DNA from: Ignavibacteriales bacterium
GTDB lineage: Bacteria; Bacteroidota; Ignavibacteria; Ignavibacteriales; Ignavibacteriaceae
Assembly: GCA_016700155.1 (NCBI GenBank)
Contig: CP065001.1
Location: 2,746,659-2,810,658 of the forward strand
Direction of reading: 5' to 3'
DNA: 64,000 nt
Every line of letters begins with the position of its first letter. Position 1 is the stretch's first letter. A model generated the notes under the pieces. It ran no database searches and was not told the origin of the DNA. It saw nothing but the letters and a program-made list of their open reading frames with translations. Below are positions 21,566 to 30,992 of the stretch, piece by piece. The position numbers and the translations under genes are program-made.

Positions 21566-21887
21566 ACTTTTCTAATAAAAAATTTTCAAGGTCTTCAACT
21601 TTTGATTTATCTATTGTAATGCTGATAACCTGAGCAGTTCTTCCTACCATTTGAAGTTCAGATTCAGCAATGGGTACGATTCTTTCTTCAGACATCAGGT
21701 ACTGAACTTCAGCGAACAGATTAACTTGTTTATTGTTTACCGTAACCAATTCCTCTTCCGCCAGCACTTTTTGTTTCGCAAGTTGTTCGCATTCTAGTTT
21801 AAGACTCACGTAGCCAACAATGACAAATCCTGTAACAACGAGAACAAATAATGAAAATACTATTGTTGGTTTTACACTTTTTTTCAC
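21558..21887 (-). CDS. ftsL: FtsL-like cell-division protein (single TM plus coiled coil)
   Basis: 109 aa, between rsmH and ftsI. N-terminal TM helix followed by a heptad-like region. Confidence 0.6.
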   Translation of the reverse strand: MKKSVKPTIVFSLFVLVVTGFVIVGYVSLKLECEQLAKQKVLAEEELVTVNNKQVNLFAEVQYLMSEERIVPIAESELQMVGRTAQVISITIDKSKVEDLENFLLEKYE

Positions 21888-22807
21888 ACAGCCTCTGCAA
21901 CTCGTAATTTTGCGCTTCGTGCTCGTCTGTTTTTTTGAATTTCAGAAATACCAGGAGTAATCGGTTTCCTAGTAATTATTTTTAACCTTGGCGTTTTTTC
22001 GCATTTGCATATCGGATATTCTTTTGGACAAATGCAGTCAAGAGTCTCATACTTAAAAACTTCTTTTACAATCCGGTCTTCAAGGGAATGATATGTGAGA
22101 ATTGCTATTCTACCGCCTGATCTGAGCAAGGTAATTGACTTGTCGAGAAACGATTTGAGTTTGCCCAATTCATCATTAACATAAATTCTTAAAGCCTGGA
22201 ATACTCTTGATAAAGTTTTGCTCAAATAATTCGGCGGAGTCAATTTTTCAATTATAGAACTGAGTTCAATGGTTGTTTCAATTTTTTTCTCTGCACGTGC
22301 TTCACAAATTTTTTTTGCGATCTGTCTTGATTTTTTTTCCTCACCGAATTCAAATAATATTTTAGAGATACTCTCTTCGCTAAAAGTATTAACTATATCA
22401 GAAGCATTTAGTTTTTTCGTTTTGTCCATTCGCAAATCAAGTTGCGCGGATGATCGGTAAGTAAATCCTGATGATGCATTATCAAGTTGAAAAGAAGAGA
22501 CACCTAGATCAGCGAAGATTCCATCGAATTTATCGATTGACTCTATCTTCGAAATTGTATCTATTTCTGAAAAATTATAGTTGTACAATTTTACTCTTTT
22601 ATCATCTTTAAATTTGTTATAAGAAAAATTGAAGGCATCCGTATCAACATCCGTTGCAATTAAAACTCCGTTAGTGCTTAAATGTTTCAGAATACCTTCC
22701 GTGTGACTTCCGAATCCTACCGTGCCATCAAAATAAAAACCATCACTTCTGGTTATCAGATGAGTTATACTTTCATCCAACAGTACAGGAGTATGATGAT
22801 CACTCAT
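21884..22807 (-). CDS. rsmH: 16S rRNA (cytosine1402-N4)-methyltransferase
   Basis: 'DGTVGFGSHTEGIL' SAM-binding motif, located after mraZ. Confidence 0.9.
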   Translation of the reverse strand: MSDHHTPVLLDESITHLITRSDGFYFDGTVGFGSHTEGILKHLSTNGVLIATDVDTDAFNFSYNKFKDDKRVKLYNYNFSEIDTISKIESIDKFDGIFADLGVSSFQLDNASSGFTYRSSAQLDLRMDKTKKLNASDIVNTFSEESISKILFEFGEEKKSRQIAKKICEARAEKKIETTIELSSIIEKLTPPNYLSKTLSRVFQALRIYVNDELGKLKSFLDKSITLLRSGGRIAILTYHSLEDRIVKEVFKYETLDCICPKEYPICKCEKTPRLKIITRKPITPGISEIQKNRRARSAKLRVAEAV

Positions 22808-23271
22808 TTAATTGTCATAACCTTTGCAGCTATTTGCTCATAGCTTTCTTTAGTTTGACTTATATAATTCTGGTAAATCTGCGGGTTCCAGATTTCAATT
22901 TTTTTCAACACACCAAGTATCAAAACATCTTTATCAATTTTAGCGTACTCTATTAATGGTTGAGGGATTAGGATCCTCGATTGTGAGTCCATAGTATCTT
23001 CAGTAGCATGCTGAAGCATCATCCGGATAAAAAGAGAATCATCAGGTGTGAATGAATTTAATTTCAACAGTCTTTCTTCAATTTGCTGCCATTCATTTAA
23101 CGGGTAAATATCGATGCAAGTACCCGTGCCTTGAGTTATAACAAACGAATCATTTGCCTCAGGAGATATCTGCTTGCGGAGCTTAGCTGGTATGCTAATT
23201 CTGCCTTTAGTATCTATTGAATATGTAAATTGTCCTCTAAACAAATTGACCTCTTTGGGTTTTTCCTCCAC
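22804..23271 (-). CDS. mraZ: Transcriptional regulator MraZ
   Basis: 155 aa and first gene of the dcw operon. Tandem MraZ half-domains are present. Confidence 0.85.
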   Translation of the reverse strand: MEEKPKEVNLFRGQFTYSIDTKGRISIPAKLRKQISPEANDSFVITQGTGTCIDIYPLNEWQQIEERLLKLNSFTPDDSLFIRMMLQHATEDTMDSQSRILIPQPLIEYAKIDKDVLILGVLKKIEIWNPQIYQNYISQTKESYEQIAAKVMTIK

Positions 23272-23402
23272 TATTCCCCACTGCTACCCAAAATAATGGA
23301 TTTTTTTCTGAAATGTCAAGAAAAATCTATAGGTATTCCCACAATTTTTTTGAGCCGACGGGATTAAGAAGTCTGATTAGTAAGTGGATTTAAAATGGAA
23401 AG

Positions 23403-23475
23403 AGCCAACTGCCGGAATCGAACCGGCGACCTACTCATTACGAATGAGTTGCTCTACCAGCTGAGCTAAGTTGGC
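23403..23475 (-). tRNA. tRNA-Thr (anticodon CGT)
   Basis: Hand-folded as a 73-nt cloverleaf: acceptor GCCAACT/AGTTGGC, D-arm GCTC..GAGC, anticodon stem ACTCA/TGAGT with loop TTCGTAA, T-arm GCCGG-TTCGATT-CCGGC, discriminator U. No CCA is encoded. Confidence 0.85.
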
Positions 23476-23508
23476 TTCTTGTAGAAATGATTTAATTAGA
23501 AAAAACTA

Positions 23509-23604
23509 CTATCTAAGTTTCTTTTTATGACGGTTCTTTCTTAGTCTTTTCTTTCTTTTATGTGTAGACATTTTATGTCTTTTGCGTTTTTTTCCGCAAG
23601 GCAT
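23509..23604 (-). CDS. 31-aa highly basic peptide resembling ribosomal protein bS22
   Basis: The minus-strand translation gives 'MPCGKKRKRHKMSTHKRKKRLRKNRHKKKLR', which resembles actinobacterial/Bacteroidetes bS22 (…[20 protein letters not shown]…). A GGAGAT Shine-Dalgarno sits 4 nt upstream. It is absent from the ORF track because it is shorter than 60 aa. Confidence 0.5.
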   Translation of the reverse strand: MPCGKKRKRHKMSTHKRKKRLRKNRHKKKLR

Positions 23605-23629
23605 TTTTATCTCCTTGTTAATTAATTAT

Positions 23630-24535
23630 TTAATGTGACTTTAATAATTCCTGCGCTCTCTTACCTACTTCATTATTAGGATTTAGGTTGAATGCTTTTG
23701 TCAGCCATTCCTTTGATTTAGCAAGATTTCCCGCGCTTAAATTTACAATACCAAGATTGAGATGTGCTATTTGATGATCAGGCTTATAAGATAAAGCTTT
23801 TGTCATTTCTGAAATTGCATTTTCATAATCCTGCAGATTGTAATAACAGACTCCCATATCAACTCTTGCATCAGCATCATCTGGTTTTACTGTTAAATAT
23901 TTTTTGTAATTACTGATTGCCTTTTCAAACATCCGGGAGTCATTTTGTAAATGAGCTAATTCCAGTAAAGATGCAAGATCAGTTGAATCGGCATCAACCT
24001 TTTTCTGTAATTCATTAATCAGATTTAATGAAGTAAGGTCAACACCCTGTGACTGTGTCGAAAAATTATTGCTTAATGTTACCGCAGCAGGTTCAGTTTG
24101 AAAAGCCCCGGTCAAAATTAAAATCACTAAGAGTATGATTACAACCCCGGCTGTGGCTAATAAAAAATTATTTGCACCAAGTGATTTCGGAGAATCATTA
24201 ATTTGTTTACCGGATTTATTTTGATGCTGCAGATTTACTTTATTCGATGTCTGCTTTTTGGTTTCTTTGATCTTCGGTTGATCACGTCTAGCTGTTGTAG
24301 TGGAAATACCTTTGCTGCCTTCTAATTTTACTCCACAACTTTCACACACTGCATTTTGCTCTGAATTTTCTTCACCGCAATTATCACATATTATAATGTT
24401 AGTAGCTTCAACTTGTGGAAGTGTTGATGGCTTTGGTTCTTTTTCTTCTTCAGCTTTCAATTGATAACCACAGAAGGGACAAAACTTAAATTCTCTTTCT
24501 AACTTAGAACCACACCCTGGACAAAAATTTGACAT
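23630..24535 (-). CDS. Zinc-ribbon / TPR-repeat membrane protein
   Basis: Two N-terminal CxxC…CxxC zinc ribbons ('CPGCGSKL..CPFCGYQL', 'CDNCGEEN..CESCG'), one TM helix and C-terminal TPR-like repeats. Confidence 0.6.
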   Translation of the reverse strand: MSNFCPGCGSKLEREFKFCPFCGYQLKAEEEKEPKPSTLPQVEATNIIICDNCGEENSEQNAVCESCGVKLEGSKGISTTTARRDQPKIKETKKQTSNKVNLQHQNKSGKQINDSPKSLGANNFLLATAGVVIILLVILILTGAFQTEPAAVTLSNNFSTQSQGVDLTSLNLINELQKKVDADSTDLASLLELAHLQNDSRMFEKAISNYKKYLTVKPDDADARVDMGVCYYNLQDYENAISEMTKALSYKPDHQIAHLNLGIVNLSAGNLAKSKEWLTKAFNLNPNNEVGKRAQELLKSH

Positions 24536-24536
24536 C

Positions 24537-24833
24537 TTAACCTTTCTTTTCCTTCATACCTTTATCAACTAAATCCTTAAAGTCCTTTGAGAATTTGAAG
24601 GTCGGAACAAAATGTTCAGGAACGAATACCTGTGCACCTGTTTTAGGATTCCTTGCCTGGCGAGCATTTTTCTTTTTCACTTTATAACTTCCAAATCCGC
24701 GAATTTCTATACCATGACCTTCCTTCAGTGCTTCAATCACAGTTTTAAAAAATCCTTCAATAATTGCTTCGGTCTCCAATTTAGTGAGCCCGGTTCCCGA
24801 TGCAACCTTATCGACTATGTCTGCTTTAGTCAT
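24537..24833 (-). CDS. HU/IHF-family DNA-binding protein
   Basis: 'MTKADIVDKVA...GFGSYKVKKKNARQARNPKTGAQVFVPEHFVPTFK' is the HU arm signature. The ORF track allows an alternative start at 24848. Confidence 0.8.
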   Translation of the reverse strand: MTKADIVDKVASGTGLTKLETEAIIEGFFKTVIEALKEGHGIEIRGFGSYKVKKKNARQARNPKTGAQVFVPEHFVPTFKFSKDFKDLVDKGMKEKKG

Positions 24834-25107
24834 GTTCCACCTTTTCAATCATTAAAAAATTTTATAACTCTTTGTAAATTAAAGGTTTAAATTATCAAAC
24901 AATGTCCGAAAAAACAAACTTTGCTTTGCGTATTTATGAAAAAGGTTGTAGACTGCCTCTGCATTTTTTAACATCTCTCTTAATCTCAAATTGATAAAAT
25001 TCTCGGTTTTAGTTTTGTGAATATGCGATCCTATTCAATTATTTAGATTATTTGAATGGTATAATTATTGGAAATTTGTAAATGTTTTCTGCTTAATTGA
25101 GGGTGCT

Positions 25108-25458
25108 ATGGAACTATTAGATATTATTATCATTGCTCTAAGTATTGTACTTGTCCTTCTTTTGATATTATTACTATTCTCCTTTATAATCTATAAGGTT
25201 AAAGGAAAGGATAGTTATTTGTTACTTAGAGATAATTCTGATTCGTTATTGTTCGGTCAAAAGGAATATCTGCACGAAGTAGTAAAACCGCGCAAACCTC
25301 AGCTTTATAAAGTTGTTAATGAAAACACAGAGCTAATAACTGTTAAAGCAACTGATTCCAAAATAAAAATCAATGATAGATTTGTAGTTTATAATTTTTC
25401 AGGTAAGGATTTTAATTCTCCTAAAAGACGAAAAAGATTTACAAGCTGGTCTGAATAA
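25108..25458 (+). CDS. Hypothetical small membrane protein
   Basis: 116-aa ORF with an N-terminal TM helix and no recognisable motif. Confidence 0.35.
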   Translation: MELLDIIIIALSIVLVLLLILLLFSFIIYKVKGKDSYLLLRDNSDSLLFGQKEYLHEVVKPRKPQLYKVVNENTELITVKATDSKIKINDRFVVYNFSGKDFNSPKRRKRFTSWSE

Positions 25459-25460
25459 AT

Positions 25461-26477
25461 TTAAATTTTGGGCAGCCTTTCTAAATATGAACTGTTGCTT
25501 AGAATAGCATATGATTCTGTCCGTCTTAACTCATCAAGATTAATACTGTTCATATAACTCATTGCGCTCCGTAAGCCATCTGAAATTCCATCGATAACAT
25601 TTTTTACAGCTCCTTTATACGCCACCATTGTTTCTTCACCCTCAATAAATTCGTTTCGCATTTTCACACCAAAAGAAGCTGAACCGCGATATTTTTTCCA
25701 CAACTGTCCATTGTATTTAATAACCTCCCCGGGTGTTTCCCTGGTTCCGGATAACATTCTGCCAAGCATTACTACATCAGCACCGAGTGAGATTGCCTTT
25801 GCAATATCACCTGAACTTTTAATTCCGCCGTCGGCTATTATTTTGATCTTCATTTTTTTATGATTGCGTTGTGATACGACGTTGAGTAAGGACGATACTT
25901 GTCCGATTCCTATGCCTGTCTGAATTGACGTGCTGCAGACTGAACCATTTCCGATTCCAACACGCACGGCATCTGCACCAGAATTTTCTAACTGATCAAG
26001 CGTTGAGAAATGTGCAATATTTCCAACAATTACTTTCACATTGTACTTCTTCTTAATTGTTTCTGTCTTGTTAAGTACTTCTTTATTATTTGCATTTGCT
26101 GTATCTATACAGATCAGATATCCCCGCTCAACTAATTTTTCTATATCTTTTTCCGGAGTGTTAAGTGCGATAGAAACTGCACTGACAAGATTTCCATGAC
26201 CATTTGAATTCATTATTGAAGATAGTGATGAATCAAACCTGTTAAGTATTCCAATACAGCCAAGCCTTGAAAGTTCTTCTGCCATATCAATTCCTGTTAC
26301 AGTATCCATTGGACTTGACAGAACCGGTAATAACAATTTCTTTTCCAGAAAATTACATGTTGTATCTGCTTCGGTTCTGGATTTAATCCTGGATATTTCG
26401 GTTGGGATAAGACTTATATCATCATAAGTGAGAGACATATGATACTCATTCAATTCTCTCTTGGAATAGATCTTCAT
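25461..26477 (-). CDS. IMP dehydrogenase / GMP reductase family TIM-barrel enzyme without a CBS pair (GMP reductase-like)
   Basis: 'IADGGIKSSGDIAKAISLGADVVMLG' and a 'GIGNGSVCST' catalytic Cys loop. The 338-aa length with no CBS insertion fits the GMP reductase branch. Confidence 0.6.
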   Translation of the reverse strand: MKIYSKRELNEYHMSLTYDDISLIPTEISRIKSRTEADTTCNFLEKKLLLPVLSSPMDTVTGIDMAEELSRLGCIGILNRFDSSLSSIMNSNGHGNLVSAVSIALNTPEKDIEKLVERGYLICIDTANANNKEVLNKTETIKKKYNVKVIVGNIAHFSTLDQLENSGADAVRVGIGNGSVCSTSIQTGIGIGQVSSLLNVVSQRNHKKMKIKIIADGGIKSSGDIAKAISLGADVVMLGRMLSGTRETPGEVIKYNGQLWKKYRGSASFGVKMRNEFIEGEETMVAYKGAVKNVIDGISDGLRSAMSYMNSINLDELRRTESYAILSNSSYLERLPKI

Positions 26478-26527
26478 TTTTGTGCCTTAGTGTTTTTTTC
26501 TTTTTAGAATCGTAAAAATAGTTGGCG

Positions 26528-28369
26528 TTATAATTCCAGTTCATCAAGTAGCAGGTTCATTTTTGCAGCAACAGCCTGCACCGGTGTACTGGAACTCATA
26601 TCTACACCAGCATCGCGTAGTATGTTAATTGAATAATCCGAATTACCGGCCTTAAGAAAGTTTAAATACTTTTCAACAGCCTGTTCTCCGCTTAACTTAA
26701 TTTTATTTGATAAAACTTCAGAAGCTGCGAACCCTGTTGCGTATTGAAAAACATAAAAGTTATAATAGAAATGTGGAATCCTTGCCCAACTGTATGACTC
26801 TTCTTCATCAACGACCATTGATTCACCCCAGTATTTTTTAAACAGCCTGCTATAAATGCCACATAAATCCTGAGCCGTTAAAGCTTCGCCTGCTTCAGTT
26901 TTTTCATATACGACTTTTTCAAATTCAGCGAACATTACCTGCCTGTAAAATGTTGAAGTAATGTTGTTCAGATATTTTTCAACCAGGAATAATTTTTCGT
27001 GTTTTGATTTTGTATTAGTGATTAAATATTCAAGCAGCAAGGCTTCATTAAATGTTGATGCTACTTCAGCAAGAAATATTGAATAGTTTGCGTAGATATA
27101 AGGCTGAGTTTGTCCTGTATAGTAAGAATGCATATTGTGACCCATCTCATGCGTAAGTGTAAACACATCATTCAAAAGATCCGTCCAATTAAGTAAAACA
27201 TAAGGATGAACACCAAACGTGGTGCCGGATGAATAAGCACCGCTTCGCTTGGATGGAGTTTCATACACATCAATCCACCTGTTATTAAATGCTTTTTTGA
27301 TTGAAGCAAGATAATCATTACCCAAAGGTTTTAAGGATTCCAGTACAATTCCTTTTGCTTCATCAAATGAATATTTTTTTTCTTTGTCAACTGAAAAGAG
27401 TGTGACATAAACATCGTAAGGGTGCAATTCATCCAACCCAAGAATTTTCTTTTTTATTTCTGCCCATCGGTGCAGAGGTTTAAGATTTTCATTTACAGTC
27501 TTAATAAGATTTTCATATACACTTACCGGAATATTATTCCGGCTGAGAGATGTTTCCAGCGCTGAGCTATAGTTCCTTGCCCGTGCATTAAATACATTCG
27601 CTTTAAGGTTGCCATTAAATAACGACATGAAAGTGTTATTGAATTCTGTGTAAGGTTTAAGATAGTTTTTAAATGCGCGTTCCCTGTATTCCCTATCCTT
27701 GGAATACATTGCGGCGTAATATCTGCCGTGAGTTATCTCAATATCATTTCCGCAATCATCCTGGATAACAGGGAATTTAAGATCGGCATTGGTCATCATT
27801 GAAAACACATTATAAGGTGTCATCGAAAGTTCACCTGATAGTGCCAGAATTTTTTCTCCTTCTTCGCTCAGGGTATGAGCTTTGAATCTTGAAAGATCAT
27901 CAAGATAATGCGCATAAACATTAAGATCCTGATTTGTTGCAATCATTTCTCTAAGTGTGTCCGAAGGAATATTTAATATCTCAGGTTTTATGAATGAAGA
28001 TTCGGCTGAGAGTTTTACTGATAGTGATTTAATACGCTCATCCATTGACTGATAAACCGGGACTTTCATATCACTATCTTTGGAAAGCATTGCGTAGAGA
28101 TAAAGTCGTTCCAGTTTGATTCCTATTGAATCATCAAACTGAAGACACTTCAAGAGATTTTCAGAATCCTGTCCGACTAATCCTTTAAACTTTTTGTATC
28201 CTGCGAGATTGTTTTCAACCCATTTAAAATCATTTTCCCAATCAGCATCTGTTTTATAGATATGAGATAAATCCCATTTGTATTTATCATCAATATCACT
28301 TCTCTTTAACAATGATGCCTGTTCCGTTTGAATTTCCTGATTACTGTTTAGTATAGAATTATATGACAT
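26528..28369 (-). CDS. pepF: Oligoendopeptidase F (M3B metallopeptidase)
   Basis: HEXXH zinc motif 'HEMGHNMH' in a protein of about 610 aa. Confidence 0.8.
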   Translation of the reverse strand: MSYNSILNSNQEIQTEQASLLKRSDIDDKYKWDLSHIYKTDADWENDFKWVENNLAGYKKFKGLVGQDSENLLKCLQFDDSIGIKLERLYLYAMLSKDSDMKVPVYQSMDERIKSLSVKLSAESSFIKPEILNIPSDTLREMIATNQDLNVYAHYLDDLSRFKAHTLSEEGEKILALSGELSMTPYNVFSMMTNADLKFPVIQDDCGNDIEITHGRYYAAMYSKDREYRERAFKNYLKPYTEFNNTFMSLFNGNLKANVFNARARNYSSALETSLSRNNIPVSVYENLIKTVNENLKPLHRWAEIKKKILGLDELHPYDVYVTLFSVDKEKKYSFDEAKGIVLESLKPLGNDYLASIKKAFNNRWIDVYETPSKRSGAYSSGTTFGVHPYVLLNWTDLLNDVFTLTHEMGHNMHSYYTGQTQPYIYANYSIFLAEVASTFNEALLLEYLITNTKSKHEKLFLVEKYLNNITSTFYRQVMFAEFEKVVYEKTEAGEALTAQDLCGIYSRLFKKYWGESMVVDEEESYSWARIPHFYYNFYVFQYATGFAASEVLSNKIKLSGEQAVEKYLNFLKAGNSDYSINILRDAGVDMSSSTPVQAVAAKMNLLLDELEL

Positions 28370-28497
28370 AAACTTCCTTCTGCCCGGAGCCGGGGATAAT
28401 TATTTTTTTCTTATTTAAAAATAATAAAATTTTTGTTGATTAAATCTTAGCTTTTCAGAAACCTTAATGTTCGTTAGTTACTAATCCATAACCGTTA

Positions 28498-29631
28498 TCA
28501 TTTAATAAAGATCATTTTCTTGGTAATGCTGTTGATCCCTCCGGCAGAACTACCTGAATTAATTTCAAGTCTGTAGAAATAAATTCCGCTCGTCAGATTT
28601 AGTTCATCTTTTCCATTCTGTAAAGGAAATTCAGTTTCATAAGTACCGGGAGATTTATTTTCATTTACAAGTATCTGTACAAGGTTACCAAGAACATCAT
28701 ACACAGATAACTTAATATCAGAATGATCTGCAACAGTATATTTGATTTTTGTTTTTGGATTAAATGGATTCGGATAATTCTGTTCAAGTTTAAAATCTAT
28801 TTCATCCGGTAACAACTCAGATACATCAGTCGGCGGAGTTAAAATTTCTGCAGTGTATCCAGGAATTGTAAATACCGAGAAATTAAGTACGGACAAATCA
28901 ATAACTGTCGATGGAGCAAATTCCTTTACAATCCAGTTTGATGGCGCAATCCAAACGGAATCATTAAAAGATAAAATAGGTACAGCAACAGGTGGAAATG
29001 GTGGTATTGTTACAACATAACTTATAACATTACTCATTACAAATTTTTTGCAATTAAATTCCCCGATGGCTGTCTGCAGATTTTCATCGCTTAACCGATT
29101 GCCACTGAAAGTAAATCTCAATGGAAGTGTAATTGAATCATATGTTATCGAAGTATCGTATGAAAAAATTGTGTAGCTGGTATTAATGTTTGATCCCATC
29201 CTGTATTTTGAATACCATCCTTTGAATGACTGGAACAAATTCACAAAACTGAATGAACTGTCCAATTCAAGTGAATCAAGAAGATTTAAAACACCTGAGA
29301 AGCCTCCGTTCCTGTAATATTCAAAAGCTTCTGAGCCTGATAAATTCAGAAAGATTGAATCACTGTATGGCAATGAAGGAAGAATTTGTTCCGCTCCTGT
29401 TTTTGAAACAACATATTTCGCTTCCCTGCCGAAATAGTCAGCAGTGGTTGCGAATGAATCCACTTTGAATGTAATAGCAGAAGGAACCGGCTGGTTAAGC
29501 GAATCAAGCAGGGTCAGCTTATAATTCCACTTATGACCTGATGAACCGGGGAAATAATCTGATGCCTGTTGTGAATAAATTAATCCTGAACTAAAAATAA
29601 TTATTAAAAGAAGTAAGATATTTTTTTTCAT
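28498..29631 (-). CDS. Secreted protein with a T9SS C-terminal sorting domain
   Basis: Signal peptide and the C-terminal 'NYPNPFNPKTKIKY…' CTD signature, the same family as the 5'-partial gene at 2..931. Confidence 0.7.
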   Translation of the reverse strand: MKKNILLLLIIIFSSGLIYSQQASDYFPGSSGHKWNYKLTLLDSLNQPVPSAITFKVDSFATTADYFGREAKYVVSKTGAEQILPSLPYSDSIFLNLSGSEAFEYYRNGGFSGVLNLLDSLELDSSFSFVNLFQSFKGWYSKYRMGSNINTSYTIFSYDTSITYDSITLPLRFTFSGNRLSDENLQTAIGEFNCKKFVMSNVISYVVTIPPFPPVAVPILSFNDSVWIAPSNWIVKEFAPSTVIDLSVLNFSVFTIPGYTAEILTPPTDVSELLPDEIDFKLEQNYPNPFNPKTKIKYTVADHSDIKLSVYDVLGNLVQILVNENKSPGTYETEFPLQNGKDELNLTSGIYFYRLEINSGSSAGGINSITKKMIFIK

Positions 29632-29650
29632 TTAGAATTCTCCCGTTTCT

Positions 29651-30730
29651 TTAAAACCATTTTTTCTTTCTGAACACAATGAAAAGACCGACCGCAATAA
29701 TCACCATCAAAAACATTACGAATACATAACCATACTTCCAGTTCAGTTCCGGCATATTTAAGGGACCGGCATTAGTATTAAAATTCATTCCATAAATTCC
29801 TACGATAAATGTAAGCGGGATGAATATCGTCGAAATTATCGTCAGTACTTTTACAACCTGATTCAACTTAAAACTTGAGTTTGAAATATAGATCTCGTGC
29901 ATACCATTAATTATTTCGCGGTAGTTCTCCAGAGATTCCATAACCTGTTTAACATGGTCATTCAGGTCCCTTAAAAATAACAATGTGGATTTATGTATCA
30001 TCTCTTTCGGTTCTTTTTCCAGCGAATAAATTATTTCTCTTAACGGCGCTGCAGCACGCCGGATCTTCATCAGGTCTTTTCTTAACTCGTGAATTGATTC
30101 AAGAACATTCTGATCAGGGTTATCGAGTAAATTATCTTCAATTGATTCAATTTTTTCATCAAGATGTTCAAGCACTAACATATAATTATCTGTTAAAGCA
30201 TCTAACAACCGGTACAACAAATAATCTTCGCCTGATTTTCTTACTCTTCCTTTATTTTCACGTATCCTTACTCTAAGGAAATCAAAAACATCATAAGCGT
30301 CTTCCTGAAAAGTCAGCAAATAATTTTTACCGAGAATGAAACTTACCTGCTCAATTTTAATGCATTCCTGTTTTTTATCATAATCAATCATCTTGGTAAC
30401 AATGAACAGATAGTGGTCATAGTCCTCTATTTTGGGACTTTGATTGACATTAACAATATCCTCAAGCACTAAAGGATGAAGATTAAATATCACCCCGATT
30501 TTTTCAATAGCAGCTATATCGTGTATACCACTTATGTTTATCCAGTTTACCCGTTTATCAAAACTAAGCTTGTCCAGTTCATCAATATTTTTTATTTCTT
30601 TCTCAACAAAATCGGAGGAACTATAATCAAATAAACTGATCCTTATGTTATCAATCTTCTGCCTGCCGGTGAATATGGGCGTCCCCGGAGATGTTCCCTT
30701 CTTTTTTCTTATACTGTGCCGTTTGTACAT
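29651..30730 (-). CDS. corA: Magnesium/cobalt transporter CorA
   Basis: Two C-terminal TM helices and the 'YGMNF' signature. Confidence 0.85.
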   Translation of the reverse strand: MYKRHSIRKKKGTSPGTPIFTGRQKIDNIRISLFDYSSSDFVEKEIKNIDELDKLSFDKRVNWINISGIHDIAAIEKIGVIFNLHPLVLEDIVNVNQSPKIEDYDHYLFIVTKMIDYDKKQECIKIEQVSFILGKNYLLTFQEDAYDVFDFLRVRIRENKGRVRKSGEDYLLYRLLDALTDNYMLVLEHLDEKIESIEDNLLDNPDQNVLESIHELRKDLMKIRRAAAPLREIIYSLEKEPKEMIHKSTLLFLRDLNDHVKQVMESLENYREIINGMHEIYISNSSFKLNQVVKVLTIISTIFIPLTFIVGIYGMNFNTNAGPLNMPELNWKYGYVFVMFLMVIIAVGLFIVFRKKKWF

Positions 30731-30992
30731 AAGTTGAAAGTTTATGATTGAATATCTTGATTATAATTTGGGAAAGATATTCGAAACAATCAAAACACTT
30801 AACAGTTACATCGGCGCAATAGTTCAATAAATAAGCTGAGTTCACTGGTAGCATCAATTGTCAGTTAGTAATTGAACATTGAATTTTTTTCATATAATTT
30901 TGGTATGTGAATATGATTATTGTTTTGATTTAGTCTGTTTCATTTTCTGTGATTGAGTTCTGCGCTGAATGATCTTTTACTAACCTTAAAAA

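Noticed and set aside
7292-22460. Numerous 60-140-aa ORFs antisense to or overlapping dcw genes (for example 7292..7597, 7637..7990, 10995..11411, 15219..15428, 19832..20074)
   Set aside because: All lie inside strongly supported Mur/Fts coding sequences on the opposite strand or in an alternative frame. This is typical shadow-ORF behaviour.
23280-23400. Possible additional tRNA or ncRNA between mraZ and tRNA-Thr
   Set aside because: No cloverleaf could be folded. The region is most likely the dcw operon promoter/leader (mraZ start at 23271).
30651-30857. 68-aa minus-strand ORF overlapping the corA start
   Set aside because: It is a shadow ORF over the CorA N-terminus and promoter region.
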